Positions 55,267 to 63,818 of a stretch of 64,000 nucleotides of DNA are shown piece by piece. The notes below the pieces were generated by a model. The model made no database searches. It worked only from the letters and a program-made list of their open reading frames with translations, and was not told the DNA's origin. Both the position numbers and the translations under genes were made by a program. Every line of letters begins with the position of its first letter. Within the stretch, counting starts at the first letter, position 1. Source of the stretch: a virus (lineage: Duplodnaviria > Caudoviricetes); IMG/VR virus record IMGVR_UViG_2934384730_000002, positions 1 through 64,000 of that record, one strand, 5' to 3'.

Positions 55267-56388
55267 TCAGGCGGTGGGCCGGTAGGCGCTCACCGTGCGG
55301 ACGGTCCCGGGCGCGGTCTCCCATCCGGCGGCCTGGAGCTTGTGGCGGATGTCACGGAGTTGCGCCGTGTGCGGGTGCCCGGCCGGCGTGACGTACCTGC
55401 CGCGCTCCACCCAGTAGGCGATCACGCCTCCGCCGGCCGCCGGCTCGACCACCAGGCCGGTGACCGTCGGGTCGTGCCCGGCCGCGCCCTCATCGGCGGC
55501 CGGGTCGAAGGTCTGGGGGACCTCTGCGAAGTGGGCGGAGGCGAGCACCTTGAGGGCCGCTGCCACGCCTTGGTCAAGGACGTGGCGCGGGGAGGTGCCG
55601 CGGGTGCGCGCGGCGCAGTCCTGGAGCCGGTCCAGGGCCTCCTGGAGCTCGCCCAGGGAGACGTGGGCCAGGGCGTCCACGATGGGGGTGTCACCCTCCC
55701 CCCGGGCGGCGAGGGTCAGAATGCTGGACGCGGCGTCCTCCTCCGCCTGCCACCGGTAGATCGCTACGGCGTGCTCCGTGCGGAGCCGACCTCCGGCCAA
55801 GACCCACCCGTACCGAACGGCGTGGCCGTAGCCGGTGCGGTACGTCCACGCGACGGGGCTGTCCTCGCCGCGAGCGTGGACGGCCTGGAAGCTGTTCGCC
55901 CGGCCGTCGTGGGAGAGGACCACGAAGTGGGCGGCGACCTCCGCCCGGAGGGCCTGCTCCTCCTGGTCCTGGGCCGGTGCCGCAGCGTTCTTCCGCTTCT
56001 CGATCTCGGCCTGGGTTCGGGCGGCGGATACTTCACCCTCGGCCAGGGCGGCGCGGAACCGCGGGTCCGGGTCGGCGGCCTTGAGGTAGTCCTGCGCGGC
56101 GGTGAGGTCGGCGAGGGCGGCGCGCCACTGGGGAGCGTCCGGGTCGGCCTGGCGGACGCGGGCAGCGGATGCGGACATGAGGAGGCGGGCGGCGGCCAGG
56201 TCCTCCGGGTTGGCGCGCCGGCAGTTGAGCGCGGCCCACTCCGTGCCGTCCTCCACGACGACGCGGACGGGCTCGCCGTTGACGAGCGGGGCCATGACAC
56301 GGACGGTGCGGGCGACGCCGTCCGAGCAGAGGATTCGGTCACCGGCCTGGAAGGTGGCCGGGGTGGTCCGGGTGGTCTGGATGGTCAC
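55267..56388 (-). CDS. Hypothetical multidomain protein
   Basis: GGAGG RBS before GTG 56388. Confidence 0.7.
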   Translation of the reverse strand: MTIQTTRTTPATFQAGDRILCSDGVARTVRVMAPLVNGEPVRVVVEDGTEWAALNCRRANPEDLAAARLLMSASAARVRQADPDAPQWRAALADLTAAQDYLKAADPDPRFRAALAEGEVSAARTQAEIEKRKNAAAPAQDQEEQALRAEVAAHFVVLSHDGRANSFQAVHARGEDSPVAWTYRTGYGHAVRYGWVLAGGRLRTEHAVAIYRWQAEEDAASSILTLAARGEGDTPIVDALAHVSLGELQEALDRLQDCAARTRGTSPRHVLDQGVAAALKVLASAHFAEVPQTFDPAADEGAAGHDPTVTGLVVEPAAGGGVIAYWVERGRYVTPAGHPHTAQLRDIRHKLQAAGWETAPGTVRTVSAYRPTA

Positions 56389-56479
56389 GGTTTCCTCCGT
56401 GGTCGAGGCGCGGACATGGTGTCCGGGCACCCTCCGGGCCGTCCGCCGTGGCGGGCGGCCCGGGGCATGTCCGGGCGGG

Positions 56480-57010
56480 TCAGTAGGTGAAGACGGCCGG
56501 GTCCATGCGGGACACGCGGGTGACCTCGGCGGCATAGCGGTCGTAGCAGGCGAGGACAGCGGCCAGGCCTCCGACGGTGAAGGCGTCGCGGGCCTCAGCC
56601 TCGGCCCGCGCCCGGCGGGCGGGGTTGTAGCGCCAGATGGCCGTGCCGAGCCGCTTGGCGGAGCTCTCCGCGACGGTGGCGGGGTCCTCGTAGGCCGTCA
56701 TGCGGGTCGCCAGGAGGTCCCGGTACCGCTGGAGGAGGGGGAGGGCCCAGGCGGCGCGGTCGCGGAGCTCGGCGCGGGCCTCCATGGCGGCCTGGAGGTC
56801 GGCGGCGCGGGCGGCGCGGCGGACGGAGTAGGAGGACCGGCCGAGGGCGGTGGCGGCGCACTTGGTGCCGTAGTAGGTGACCTCCCCGTCCGCCGCGCCG
56901 TCCTGGTCGAGCGGCTGGAGGGCGACGGTCCGGCGGAGGCCTCGGCGGTTGCAGCAGTCGCAGGAGGTGACGTCCCCGGTGGTGCCCATGATCTTGAAGT
57001 CCGCGCTCAT
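56480..57010 (-). CDS. Phage Zn-binding hypothetical protein
   Basis: CDCC..LRRTV..YYGTKCA; GGAGGAG RBS. Confidence 0.75.
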   Translation of the reverse strand: MSADFKIMGTTGDVTSCDCCNRRGLRRTVALQPLDQDGAADGEVTYYGTKCAATALGRSSYSVRRAARAADLQAAMEARAELRDRAAWALPLLQRYRDLLATRMTAYEDPATVAESSAKRLGTAIWRYNPARRARAEAEARDAFTVGGLAAVLACYDRYAAEVTRVSRMDPAVFTY

Positions 57011-57053
57011 GTCGTGCTCCTCCCTCGGGGACCTGGTGCCCCCTTCGGAGCAC

Positions 57054-57085
57054 CATCTAAGCAGGGTAGCTTTGCAATGTCAACG
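57054..57085 (-). promoter_or_regulatory. Early promoter with operator TAGCTTTGCAATGTCA (57067-57082)
   Basis: TTGACA-17-TTAGAT. Confidence 0.7.
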
Positions 57086-57157
57086 CGCTAGACGTTGGAT
57101 GGCTCGCCACACCCTTAGCCTTGCCGCTTTGTAAACCCGGATGGCATAGTGCTCGCC

Positions 57158-57658
57158 ATGACCCCCACCCGCCCCCGGCCCTTCACCCGGCTGAAGAAGC
57201 TTGCCGCGGCCCTCGAAAAGGCCGAGGCCGACCAGGCCACCGCCCGCGATGCCCTGCACGACGCGATCCTCAAGCACCTCCGGGCCCGCAGCGCCCCGCC
57301 CGGGAAGATCGCCGCGCACACCCCCTATGACCGGAACTGGGTCGGTGAGCTCGGGCGCCGCGCCGGCATCCCGGCCCTGCGGGGCCCCCGCGCCGTCGGG
57401 CCGCCGCCCAAGTACGAGCCGGAGGTGCAGGCCGCCGCCCTGGCCGAGCTCGACCAGCTCACCGCCGCCTGGGAGAAGGCGGAAGACACTATCGAGCGAA
57501 CCCGCCCGCTGGTGCACAAGGAGATCGTGGCCGAATACGAGGGCGGCGCCACTCCAGAAGAAATGTCGTCCCACGTACCCTATGACCGGAACTGGATCGG
57601 TGAGATTGCCCGCAACGCCTCCACGAAGAGGCACCGGGAAAGCCGCTCCTCCGCCTGA
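57158..57658 (+). CDS. Internally duplicated HTH regulator (candidate repressor)
   Basis: IAAHTPYDRNWVGEL and MSSHVPYDRNWIGEI; divergent; probably leaderless. Confidence 0.75.
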   Translation: MTPTRPRPFTRLKKLAAALEKAEADQATARDALHDAILKHLRARSAPPGKIAAHTPYDRNWVGELGRRAGIPALRGPRAVGPPPKYEPEVQAAALAELDQLTAAWEKAEDTIERTRPLVHKEIVAEYEGGATPEEMSSHVPYDRNWIGEIARNASTKRHRESRSSA

Positions 57659-57671
57659 TATCCCCGCCCCG

Positions 57672-57722
57672 GGAATGCCGAAAGGCCGCACAGTGACGCA
57701 CTGTGCGGCCTTTCGGCATTCC
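57672..57722. terminator. Bidirectional terminator
   Basis: 24-bp perfect stem between convergent genes. Confidence 0.8.
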
Positions 57723-57728
57723 GGGCGC

Positions 57729-57971
57729 CTACAGCATTCCCGTGGCCCACGCGAAGACGATGAATCCGAGGAGGACCACGCACGCGATCTTCTGCGGCCT
57801 GGGCATGTCGACCAGCCGGACGCGGGGCTCCTCGATCACCTGCTCCCCGTCCGGGATGAGGCCCCCGTGCGCCACCCGGCGGTGCCGGGCTCGGATGCGG
57901 TCGAGCTCCTGCCGGCCGACCGGCGGGGAGGTCTCGCGGCACTTGGTGCACCGGTACTGGGACAGGGGCAT
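57729..57971 (-). CDS. Small Zn-finger plus TM protein
   Basis: YRCTKC..HRRVAH, C-terminal TM. Confidence 0.65.
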   Translation of the reverse strand: MPLSQYRCTKCRETSPPVGRQELDRIRARHRRVAHGGLIPDGEQVIEEPRVRLVDMPRPQKIACVVLLGFIVFAWATGML

Positions 57972-58058
57972 CGCGTCCTCCGGGGAGCGGCCGTGCGGGG
58001 CGGTGCGGCGTGAGGGCCGCGCCGTGGCGGGGTACCGACGATAGCCCGCCCGGGGGCG

Positions 58059-59387
58059 TCAGGGGTGCCGAATCACCTTCCAGGCAGAGGGGCCGCGCTC
58101 GGCGTCGGGGACCACTTCGAAGGGGAGATCAGTGCCCTGTGCACCCAACCCCTTCTCGGGGGCCTCTCCTGGTGTTGTTGGCGTTGGCGTTGGCTCCTGA
58201 CCTGCGGCAACAACACCTACAGGGGACCCCTCTCGGGAGGTCGGCAGCGGGGGGATGTCCTCCAGGTGCACGCCGGGCCCGTTCTTCCTCTTCACCTGGC
58301 CCCCGTCGAGGACCGCCGCGCGGACCCCCTCCCGGTGCCGGATGCCGGCCCCGTCGAGGGCCGCTTTCACGGCCTTGGTGGAGGGGAGGTTGTGGGCCTC
58401 CTGGAGGGTGGTGAGGAGGACCCCGCGGGCGCCCCGCAGGTGAGCGTGGAGGGAGCGCGCGAGGTCGTCCCGGGAGGGCGGGGCCGGGGCCTCCTGCGGG
58501 GGCTCCTGCGGGGCCTCACCCGAGGGCTCGGCGGGGGCCTGCGGGGAGGGCCCGGCGGGGGAGTCGGAGGCGGGTCGGGCGAGGGCGCTTTCCAGGGCCC
58601 CCGCGAGGGACCAGGCTGGCCGCGCCTTCTTCCCGCCCTTGAGGGTCCGCTTTCCCTTTCCGGCGGCCTTCTTCTCGGCCTTTCCTGTGCCCTCCTCTTC
58701 GGTCTTCTCGGTGGACTTCTCCGCGCCCTTAACCGGCTCCTCCTCGGGCTTGGCATTCGCCTTCCGGGATACGGCCATCGCCGTAAGGACGACGACGGCG
58801 GACGCGACGATTAGTGCGCCGATCTGGACGTCACGAGGGGACTGGATAAGCGCGTATACGGTGCCGCCCGGAATGGCGATAAGACGCACGAGGGGGTGGA
58901 AGCGCTGGCCGACCTTTCCGGTACACCAGGCGGCGGCGGCGATGCAGAGAACGGTGGCGCAGCCGTGGAGGAGCCGGAGGCCGCGCCGGGTGAGGTAGGC
59001 GGTGGCCCGTACGGCGAGCCGTCCGGCGCGCCGTGCACGGTGCGCGCTGCGGGCAGTGGCGACGGCTTCCCGGGCGAGGACACGTGGGGTGGTCCGGTCG
59101 GGCAGGTAGGGGCGGAGCGCCGGCATCGCCAGAGCACGTCGGGGGGCGGCCTCCTGGTCCGCCTCCAGCTCGACGTCCTCCGCGCCGTCGGCCTCGTCCG
59201 CTTCTGGGGCCGGGAGAGGCCGCTTCCCTGCAGGCATGCCCGCCTCCGCAGGGGCGTTGAGCGGCCCGTGGGGGCGGGAGAGGCCCGCCCCGGCCGGGGC
59301 GGGGGCCTCGACCGGGGCGGGGGCCGCAGGGCGCTTTGTGGGGGCCGGGAGGGCGGTCCCCTCCCCCAGCTGCTCGACGGTGGTCAC
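58059..59387 (-). CDS. Membrane protein with possible C-terminal winged helix
   Basis: GTGA coupling, TMs, GVLLTTL..AGIRHREGVR..GVH. Confidence 0.7.
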   Translation of the reverse strand: MTTVEQLGEGTALPAPTKRPAAPAPVEAPAPAGAGLSRPHGPLNAPAEAGMPAGKRPLPAPEADEADGAEDVELEADQEAAPRRALAMPALRPYLPDRTTPRVLAREAVATARSAHRARRAGRLAVRATAYLTRRGLRLLHGCATVLCIAAAAWCTGKVGQRFHPLVRLIAIPGGTVYALIQSPRDVQIGALIVASAVVVLTAMAVSRKANAKPEEEPVKGAEKSTEKTEEEGTGKAEKKAAGKGKRTLKGGKKARPAWSLAGALESALARPASDSPAGPSPQAPAEPSGEAPQEPPQEAPAPPSRDDLARSLHAHLRGARGVLLTTLQEAHNLPSTKAVKAALDGAGIRHREGVRAAVLDGGQVKRKNGPGVHLEDIPPLPTSREGSPVGVVAAGQEPTPTPTTPGEAPEKGLGAQGTDLPFEVVPDAERGPSAWKVIRHP

Positions 59388-59791
59388 GCGGCCAGCCTCT
59401 CCGCGGCGTCGGCCAGTGCGGCAGCGAACCGGGCGTACGGTCCGCCGGCCCCGGTGGCGACGTGGACGAAGACGATACAGAGGACGCTGATGCCCCGTTT
59501 CGAGAACTTCTTGAACAGCGCGAGCGCGATCATGAGCGCTGCGAGTGCGGGCATCTTGAGCTCGGGCGCGACGGCCCCGATCACGCCCATGACGTCCTGG
59601 ATGAGGGCGCCGATGATGTCGAAGGGAAAGCCCGCGGCGGAGTAGGCGACGCCGGCGAGGAGGCTGAGGCCGAGGCACCAGCCCCACGACAGCTTGACCT
59701 TTCCCCCCTCGTTCTCCTTGCCTCCGAACCAGAGGACAACAGTCAGGATGGCGGCGAGACCAAAGAGGCCGATGCCAGCGAGGAAGCTCAT
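59384..59791 (-). CDS. Multi-TM membrane protein (Spd-like)
   Basis: Hydrophobic, coupled. Confidence 0.75.
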   Translation of the reverse strand: MSFLAGIGLFGLAAILTVVLWFGGKENEGGKVKLSWGWCLGLSLLAGVAYSAAGFPFDIIGALIQDVMGVIGAVAPELKMPALAALMIALALFKKFSKRGISVLCIVFVHVATGAGGPYARFAAALADAAERLAA

Positions 59792-60906
59792 GCGCTTGTC
59801 CGTTCAGGGGTGACCATGTCGGAGATCGGGGTGGGGTCGCCCCACAGCAGGAAGCCGAGGACGAGGGAGGCGGTGGGGATACGGGCGGCCCACGCGAGCG
59901 GGTAGAACCACCGCCGGGTCGCGACGTCGGCCGCGAGGACGCCGGCCGCGAGGGCGTAGCAGGTGAGGCAGTAGGTGCTGGTCCACGACGTCTGGGTGGT
60001 CTCCAGGTAGCGGAGGGCGTCGCTCACCCACTGGGGCCATCCGAAATGCCAGCCGACGGCGCCTGCGCTGCCGGAGTAGAGCAGCCACCAGAAATGTCTG
60101 GGGGTGGAGCGGAGGATGTCGAGGACGGAGCGGCGGTCCTCCTGGTGGAGGCCGGGGGCGGCGAACGTGGGGCGGCGTCCGCTGCCCCACGAGGGCCAGA
60201 ACCGTGCCGCTCCCCCTCCCCCGCTCGTGGCTGGGGCCTTCTTGGCGGCCGGGGCGGGGTCCTCGTCTCCCGCGTCGTCGCCGGCCGTGTCGTCGTCTCC
60301 CCCGCCGTTGCCTCCCGGGCCGGGCGTGGGCTCGGTGCCGGCGGGGGGCTCCACCCCGGCTTTGCGCTCCAGGCGCCCGGCGGTGCGCTGCCACCAGGGG
60401 AGGCCCGCCTCCGGGTCGCCCTCGGCGTCCTGGCCCTGCTCGTCGGCGTCGTCGTCCTGGTCGTCGTCCTCGGCGGCGGCGTCCGCTCCCCCGCCGCCGG
60501 ACGCCTTCGCCGGGGCCTCGTCGTCCGGCTGGGGCTTGGTGAGGTCGATGTGGGCGCCGGTGCGCCAGTCCGGCAGCCGGTTCGCTCCGGCCGCCGGGGC
60601 GGCCTCGTCCTCGTCGCCCGGGCCCTCGTCACCCTTGTCGTCGTGGTCCTCGTCGGCGTCGGCCGGGGTGGGCGGAGACACGCCGGCCCTCTCCTCGATG
60701 CGCTCGGTGAGGCGGAGGAGGCGGGCGCGCCAGTCGGTCTCGGTCTCGTCGCCGCCCGGCTCGTCGCCTTGCCCCGCGCTGTTCGGCGCCGGGTCGGCGT
60801 CCGCGGTGGTGTCGGGGGCGGTGGGGTGGTCCGCGAGCGGGCCGACGCCGGCCGCGATGAGGAGCGACCGGATACGGGCCTCGTCGGCCTCGGGGTGGGT
60901 GGTCAT
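59788..60906 (-). CDS. Acidic N-terminus, C-terminal multi-TM protein
   Basis: Coupled operon. Confidence 0.7.
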   Translation of the reverse strand: MTTHPEADEARIRSLLIAAGVGPLADHPTAPDTTADADPAPNSAGQGDEPGGDETETDWRARLLRLTERIEERAGVSPPTPADADEDHDDKGDEGPGDEDEAAPAAGANRLPDWRTGAHIDLTKPQPDDEAPAKASGGGGADAAAEDDDQDDDADEQGQDAEGDPEAGLPWWQRTAGRLERKAGVEPPAGTEPTPGPGGNGGGDDDTAGDDAGDEDPAPAAKKAPATSGGGGAARFWPSWGSGRRPTFAAPGLHQEDRRSVLDILRSTPRHFWWLLYSGSAGAVGWHFGWPQWVSDALRYLETTQTSWTSTYCLTCYALAAGVLAADVATRRWFYPLAWAARIPTASLVLGFLLWGDPTPISDMVTPERTSA

Positions 60907-60958
60907 GTGCCGTACTCCCGGCAGTCAAGGGGGGGCGGTGGAAGAGGAGGTGGGGTGG

Positions 60959-62071
60959 TCAGGAGGCGCGGCCCTCGATGCGGGACCGCAGCCGCCGCAC
61001 GTCCTTACGGAGGTCGGGCTTGTCCCCGAACCGCTTCCGGACCTTGGCGGTGAGGTCGTCCAGGTCGATGCCCGGGGTCTCCGCGAGGACGGCTCGGATG
61101 AACGCCGTTTTGCCGACCGGGGGGCCGCCCACGGCGTGGAGCGGTGCCGCCGGCGCCGACTGGGCCTCGGGCGCCGGGGGAACCGGGGCCGGGGGCGGGG
61201 GGACTGCGGGGACGGCCGGGGACAGCGGGGCGGGGGCGACAGAGACAGGGGGCGACACCGGGGCGGCCGGAGCCAAGGGGACAGCGGGGACGGCCGGGGA
61301 GACAGGGGCGGCCGGAGCCGGGAGGGCCGGGGCGGCAGCCCGGTTGGAGACAGCCGGGGACAGCGGCGCCCCCGGCTCGCGCTCCACGTCGACCTCCGGA
61401 GCCTGCTGCCCGTACAGCAGTCCCTCGTACGCCTCCATCGCCGCCAGCTCTCGGCGCTCCCGGCTGACCGCGAGCTTGACCGCGATCCGCCGGCGGCGGG
61501 TCAGGAGGTGGTGGGCCATGCCCGGGTCGAGCGGTACCGCGTAGTAGCCGAGGGCATTGATCCACATGCCCTTCGCCAGGGCGGAGACGGCCGCGCCGAC
61601 GAGCCCGGACGCCAGCTCGCCCTCTACGTGCCCGTGCACGCCGATCGCGACCATGGTCACGACGAGGGCGATGTAGCCGAGTCGGCGGGGGATCTTGGCC
61701 CGCTCGGGGTCGCGGCGGTCCAGCCATTCCCGGGCCTGGCACGACAGCCATGCGATGTCGAAGATGACCGCGGCGCCGTACGCGGCGAAGGCGTCCGCCT
61801 TCCGGTCGAGGAGGCTGCCGATGCTGTCGGTGGACCACACCAGGGACAGCGCCGTCACCAGGAGAGCACCGCCGATGAGGCCGCGGACCAGCACGAGGTC
61901 CCAGTCCCTCGGCGGGGCCGGCACGCGCACGGTCCGCTCTACCTCGCGGTAGGTCGTCTCCCCGTCCAGCGTGGTCGCCTCCAGGTCGACAACCTTCCGC
62001 TTGACGTAGCGCACGCCCGGGAGGTCCATGGGCGGAACGCCCTGCTGGTGCTGGTGGTGGTCGGTGCTCAC
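60959..62071 (-). CDS. DUF2637/Spd-like membrane protein with Pro-rich linker and C-terminal HTH-like region
   Basis: About four TMs, coiled coil, PVSP repeats, KTAFIRAVL..VRKRFG. Confidence 0.7.
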   Translation of the reverse strand: MSTDHHQHQQGVPPMDLPGVRYVKRKVVDLEATTLDGETTYREVERTVRVPAPPRDWDLVLVRGLIGGALLVTALSLVWSTDSIGSLLDRKADAFAAYGAAVIFDIAWLSCQAREWLDRRDPERAKIPRRLGYIALVVTMVAIGVHGHVEGELASGLVGAAVSALAKGMWINALGYYAVPLDPGMAHHLLTRRRRIAVKLAVSRERRELAAMEAYEGLLYGQQAPEVDVEREPGAPLSPAVSNRAAAPALPAPAAPVSPAVPAVPLAPAAPVSPPVSVAPAPLSPAVPAVPPPPAPVPPAPEAQSAPAAPLHAVGGPPVGKTAFIRAVLAETPGIDLDDLTAKVRKRFGDKPDLRKDVRRLRSRIEGRAS

Positions 62072-62145
62072 GGTCTGCCTCTCCTGTTCAGGCCGCGTCA
62101 GGACCGGACCCGCGTGCACGGGCCCGGTCCTGACGGGGTTGGGGG

Positions 62146-62334
62146 TCAGCCGAGGCGGGGCAGGCCGCGCTTGTGGCGGCGCATGCGTGCCTCGGTCTCC
62201 TGCTCGCGCTTCCGCGCCTTGTCGGCGTCGGCCTGGCGCTGCCGCTCCTGCGCACTCGCGCGGAGCTGGTCGGCCAACGCGTGGTCGTCGCCGGGCTTGA
62301 GGGAGCGGAAGAAGTCACGGGTACGACTGGCCAT
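62146..62334 (-). CDS. Small hypothetical protein
   Basis: TGATG coupling. Confidence 0.6.
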   Translation of the reverse strand: MASRTRDFFRSLKPGDDHALADQLRASAQERQRQADADKARKREQETEARMRRHKRGLPRLG

Positions 62335-62441
62335 CACGCACCCCGCTTCCGGCTGGTGGTGGACGACTGGTACGAGCTGCCGCACTTGCCGCAGACCAGG
62401 ACGCCGTTCTCGTTGCGCATCTCGCGCCCGCAGCACTTCAC
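62334..62441 (-). CDS. 35-aa Zn-ribbon peptide
   Basis: MKCCGREM..VCGKCG; coupled at both ends. Confidence 0.6.
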   Translation of the reverse strand: MKCCGREMRNENGVLVCGKCGSSYQSSTTSRKRGA

Positions 62442-62617
62442 CGCGAACCACGCCCCTTCGGGGCCTCGGCCGCGGCCTTGGCGTGCCACCGGGTGTTCTC
62501 CTGCTGCACGGCGGCGTCCTCGGCCCGGGCCGCGCGCTCGGCCGCGGTGCCCCGGTCCTGCTGGCACGCCTCCACCGTCGCGGGCTCGGCGAAGATCTTG
62601 TTCGGCTTGAGCTTCAC
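62438..62617 (-). CDS. Small hypothetical protein
   Basis: GGAGG RBS, GTGA coupling. Confidence 0.6.
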   Translation of the reverse strand: MKLKPNKIFAEPATVEACQQDRGTAAERAARAEDAAVQQENTRWHAKAAAEAPKGRGSR

Positions 62618-63021
62618 TGGCTGGCCCTCCCAGTGCTCGGGCGCGGCCGGGGGATGCCCGGGTTGACGGGCTTGTCGTCGTCCGGGCCCCAGCCGTACGC
62701 CGCGGCGGTGTGCTCCAGCCGGGCCGCGTACCGGCCGCGGGTGCCGGAGAGGTCCGCCTCGGGGAGCGCGTCCACCACGGCCTTCGAGAGGGCCTTGCCG
62801 CTGCTGCGGCAGGTGCGCCCACGGAGGTTGTAGACGGTCCCGGCGGTGCACGCCTGGACGGAGAGGGGAGTGATGCGGTCCCCCGGCCGATGGCTGGCGA
62901 AGTGGCCGGCCATCGCGGCCAGCACCTCCCCGACCTCGCTCCGGGAGGCCACGGCCGCGGCGGCGCGCTGGGCGCCCCCGGCCGTAGAGGTCACGGGGAC
63001 ACGCCCCGTAAAGTGCTGCAT
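62614..63021 (-). CDS. Hypothetical protein, first gene of operon
   Basis: AGGAG RBS. Confidence 0.65.
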   Translation of the reverse strand: MQHFTGRVPVTSTAGGAQRAAAAVASRSEVGEVLAAMAGHFASHRPGDRITPLSVQACTAGTVYNLRGRTCRSSGKALSKAVVDALPEADLSGTRGRYAARLEHTAAAYGWGPDDDKPVNPGIPRPRPSTGRASQ

Positions 63022-63055
63022 TGCGTCATCTCCTGTTAGTGGCAGGGGGTGGCGG

Positions 63056-63173
63056 CCCGGACCTCGTGTGCGACCACGAGCCGGGGTTGAGGCGGTGCCC
63101 GGTATGCGACTACCGGGCACCGCCGCTTTTTCAGCAGCCCCGACCACCGTGTGCGACCACAGCGGCCGGGGCT
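63056..63173 (-). ncRNA. Structured leader RNA: three hairpins with identical GUCGCA loops
   Basis: Loops at 63069-74, 63105-10, 63152-57; G-U pairs form only on the minus strand. Confidence 0.6.
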
Positions 63174-63189
63174 TCGTGCTGAGATTGCG

Positions 63190-63233
63190 AGACTAGCGCG
63201 GCGTTTGCGCTAACGCAAATAAGTTGGAAGGAT
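63190..63233. promoter_or_regulatory. Overlapping divergent promoters with operator TTTGCG-N4-CGCAAA (63204-63219)
   Basis: Minus TTGCGT-17-TAGTCT; plus TTGCGC-17-AAGGAT, 6 nt before ATG. Confidence 0.7.
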
Positions 63234-63239
63234 GGCGGC

Positions 63240-63521
63240 ATGTCTCACTCCCCCCAGGGGGCGGAGCGGCAGAAGGGCCAGCCCGATCTGGTGTCGATCC
63301 CGGCCATGCCGGACCGCCTGGTGGCGGCCGGCGTCAAGCGCGTGGGGGCACCCCGCATTCGGCAACTTGTCGCGACCGACCCCGACTTCCCGGCGACGGT
63401 GTACGAGCACGGCCGGATTCGGCTGTGGAACTGGCCGGAGGTCCTGGCGTACTTCCGTGCGCGCGTCACCCGCCAAGGGGAGAGGACGGACCTGAACGAG
63501 AAACACCCCCCGGCGGAGTGA
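63240..63521 (+). CDS. AlpA/Xis-like small DNA-binding protein
   Basis: RIRQLVATDPDFP..RLWNWPEVLAYF. Confidence 0.75.
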   Translation: MSHSPQGAERQKGQPDLVSIPAMPDRLVAAGVKRVGAPRIRQLVATDPDFPATVYEHGRIRLWNWPEVLAYFRARVTRQGERTDLNEKHPPAE

Positions 63522-63670
63522 CGCCCCCGGGACGCCCTGAAAAGGAAGCGCTGTTGGGCACCCCCCCTTGCCCACTGCCGACCTCGTGCCGGACGTCCCG
63601 GGCGGACCGACCGTGGCGCCAGGGGGCCCGTACAGGCCTCCAGCATCGGACCCGCCCTGAGGTGAACGTG

Positions 63671-63709
63671 CTTCGGCCCCCGCACCGGTGCGTAGTGCGG
63701 GGGCCGAAG
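63671..63709. terminator. Stem-loop terminator
   Basis: CTTCGGCCCCCGCAC/GTGCGGGGGCCGAAG. Confidence 0.65.
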
Positions 63710-63725
63710 TGGCGTGGAGGACGGA

Positions 63726-63818
63726 TCACTCCTTGCCGGTGCGTCGGTTGGCGTCTCTGACCTTGTCCTTGAGTTCCTTCCGCTCCTCCGGCTTGCTGAG
63801 GTCGTGCTCCACGGTCAT
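63726..63818 (-). CDS. 30-aa charged peptide
   Basis: GGAGG RBS; MTVEHDLSKPEERKELKDKVRDANRRTGKE. Confidence 0.5.
   Translation of the reverse strand: MTVEHDLSKPEERKELKDKVRDANRRTGKE

Noticed and set aside
63056-63173. tRNA cloverleaf
   Set aside because: No T-loop GTTC, no D-loop, no acceptor stem
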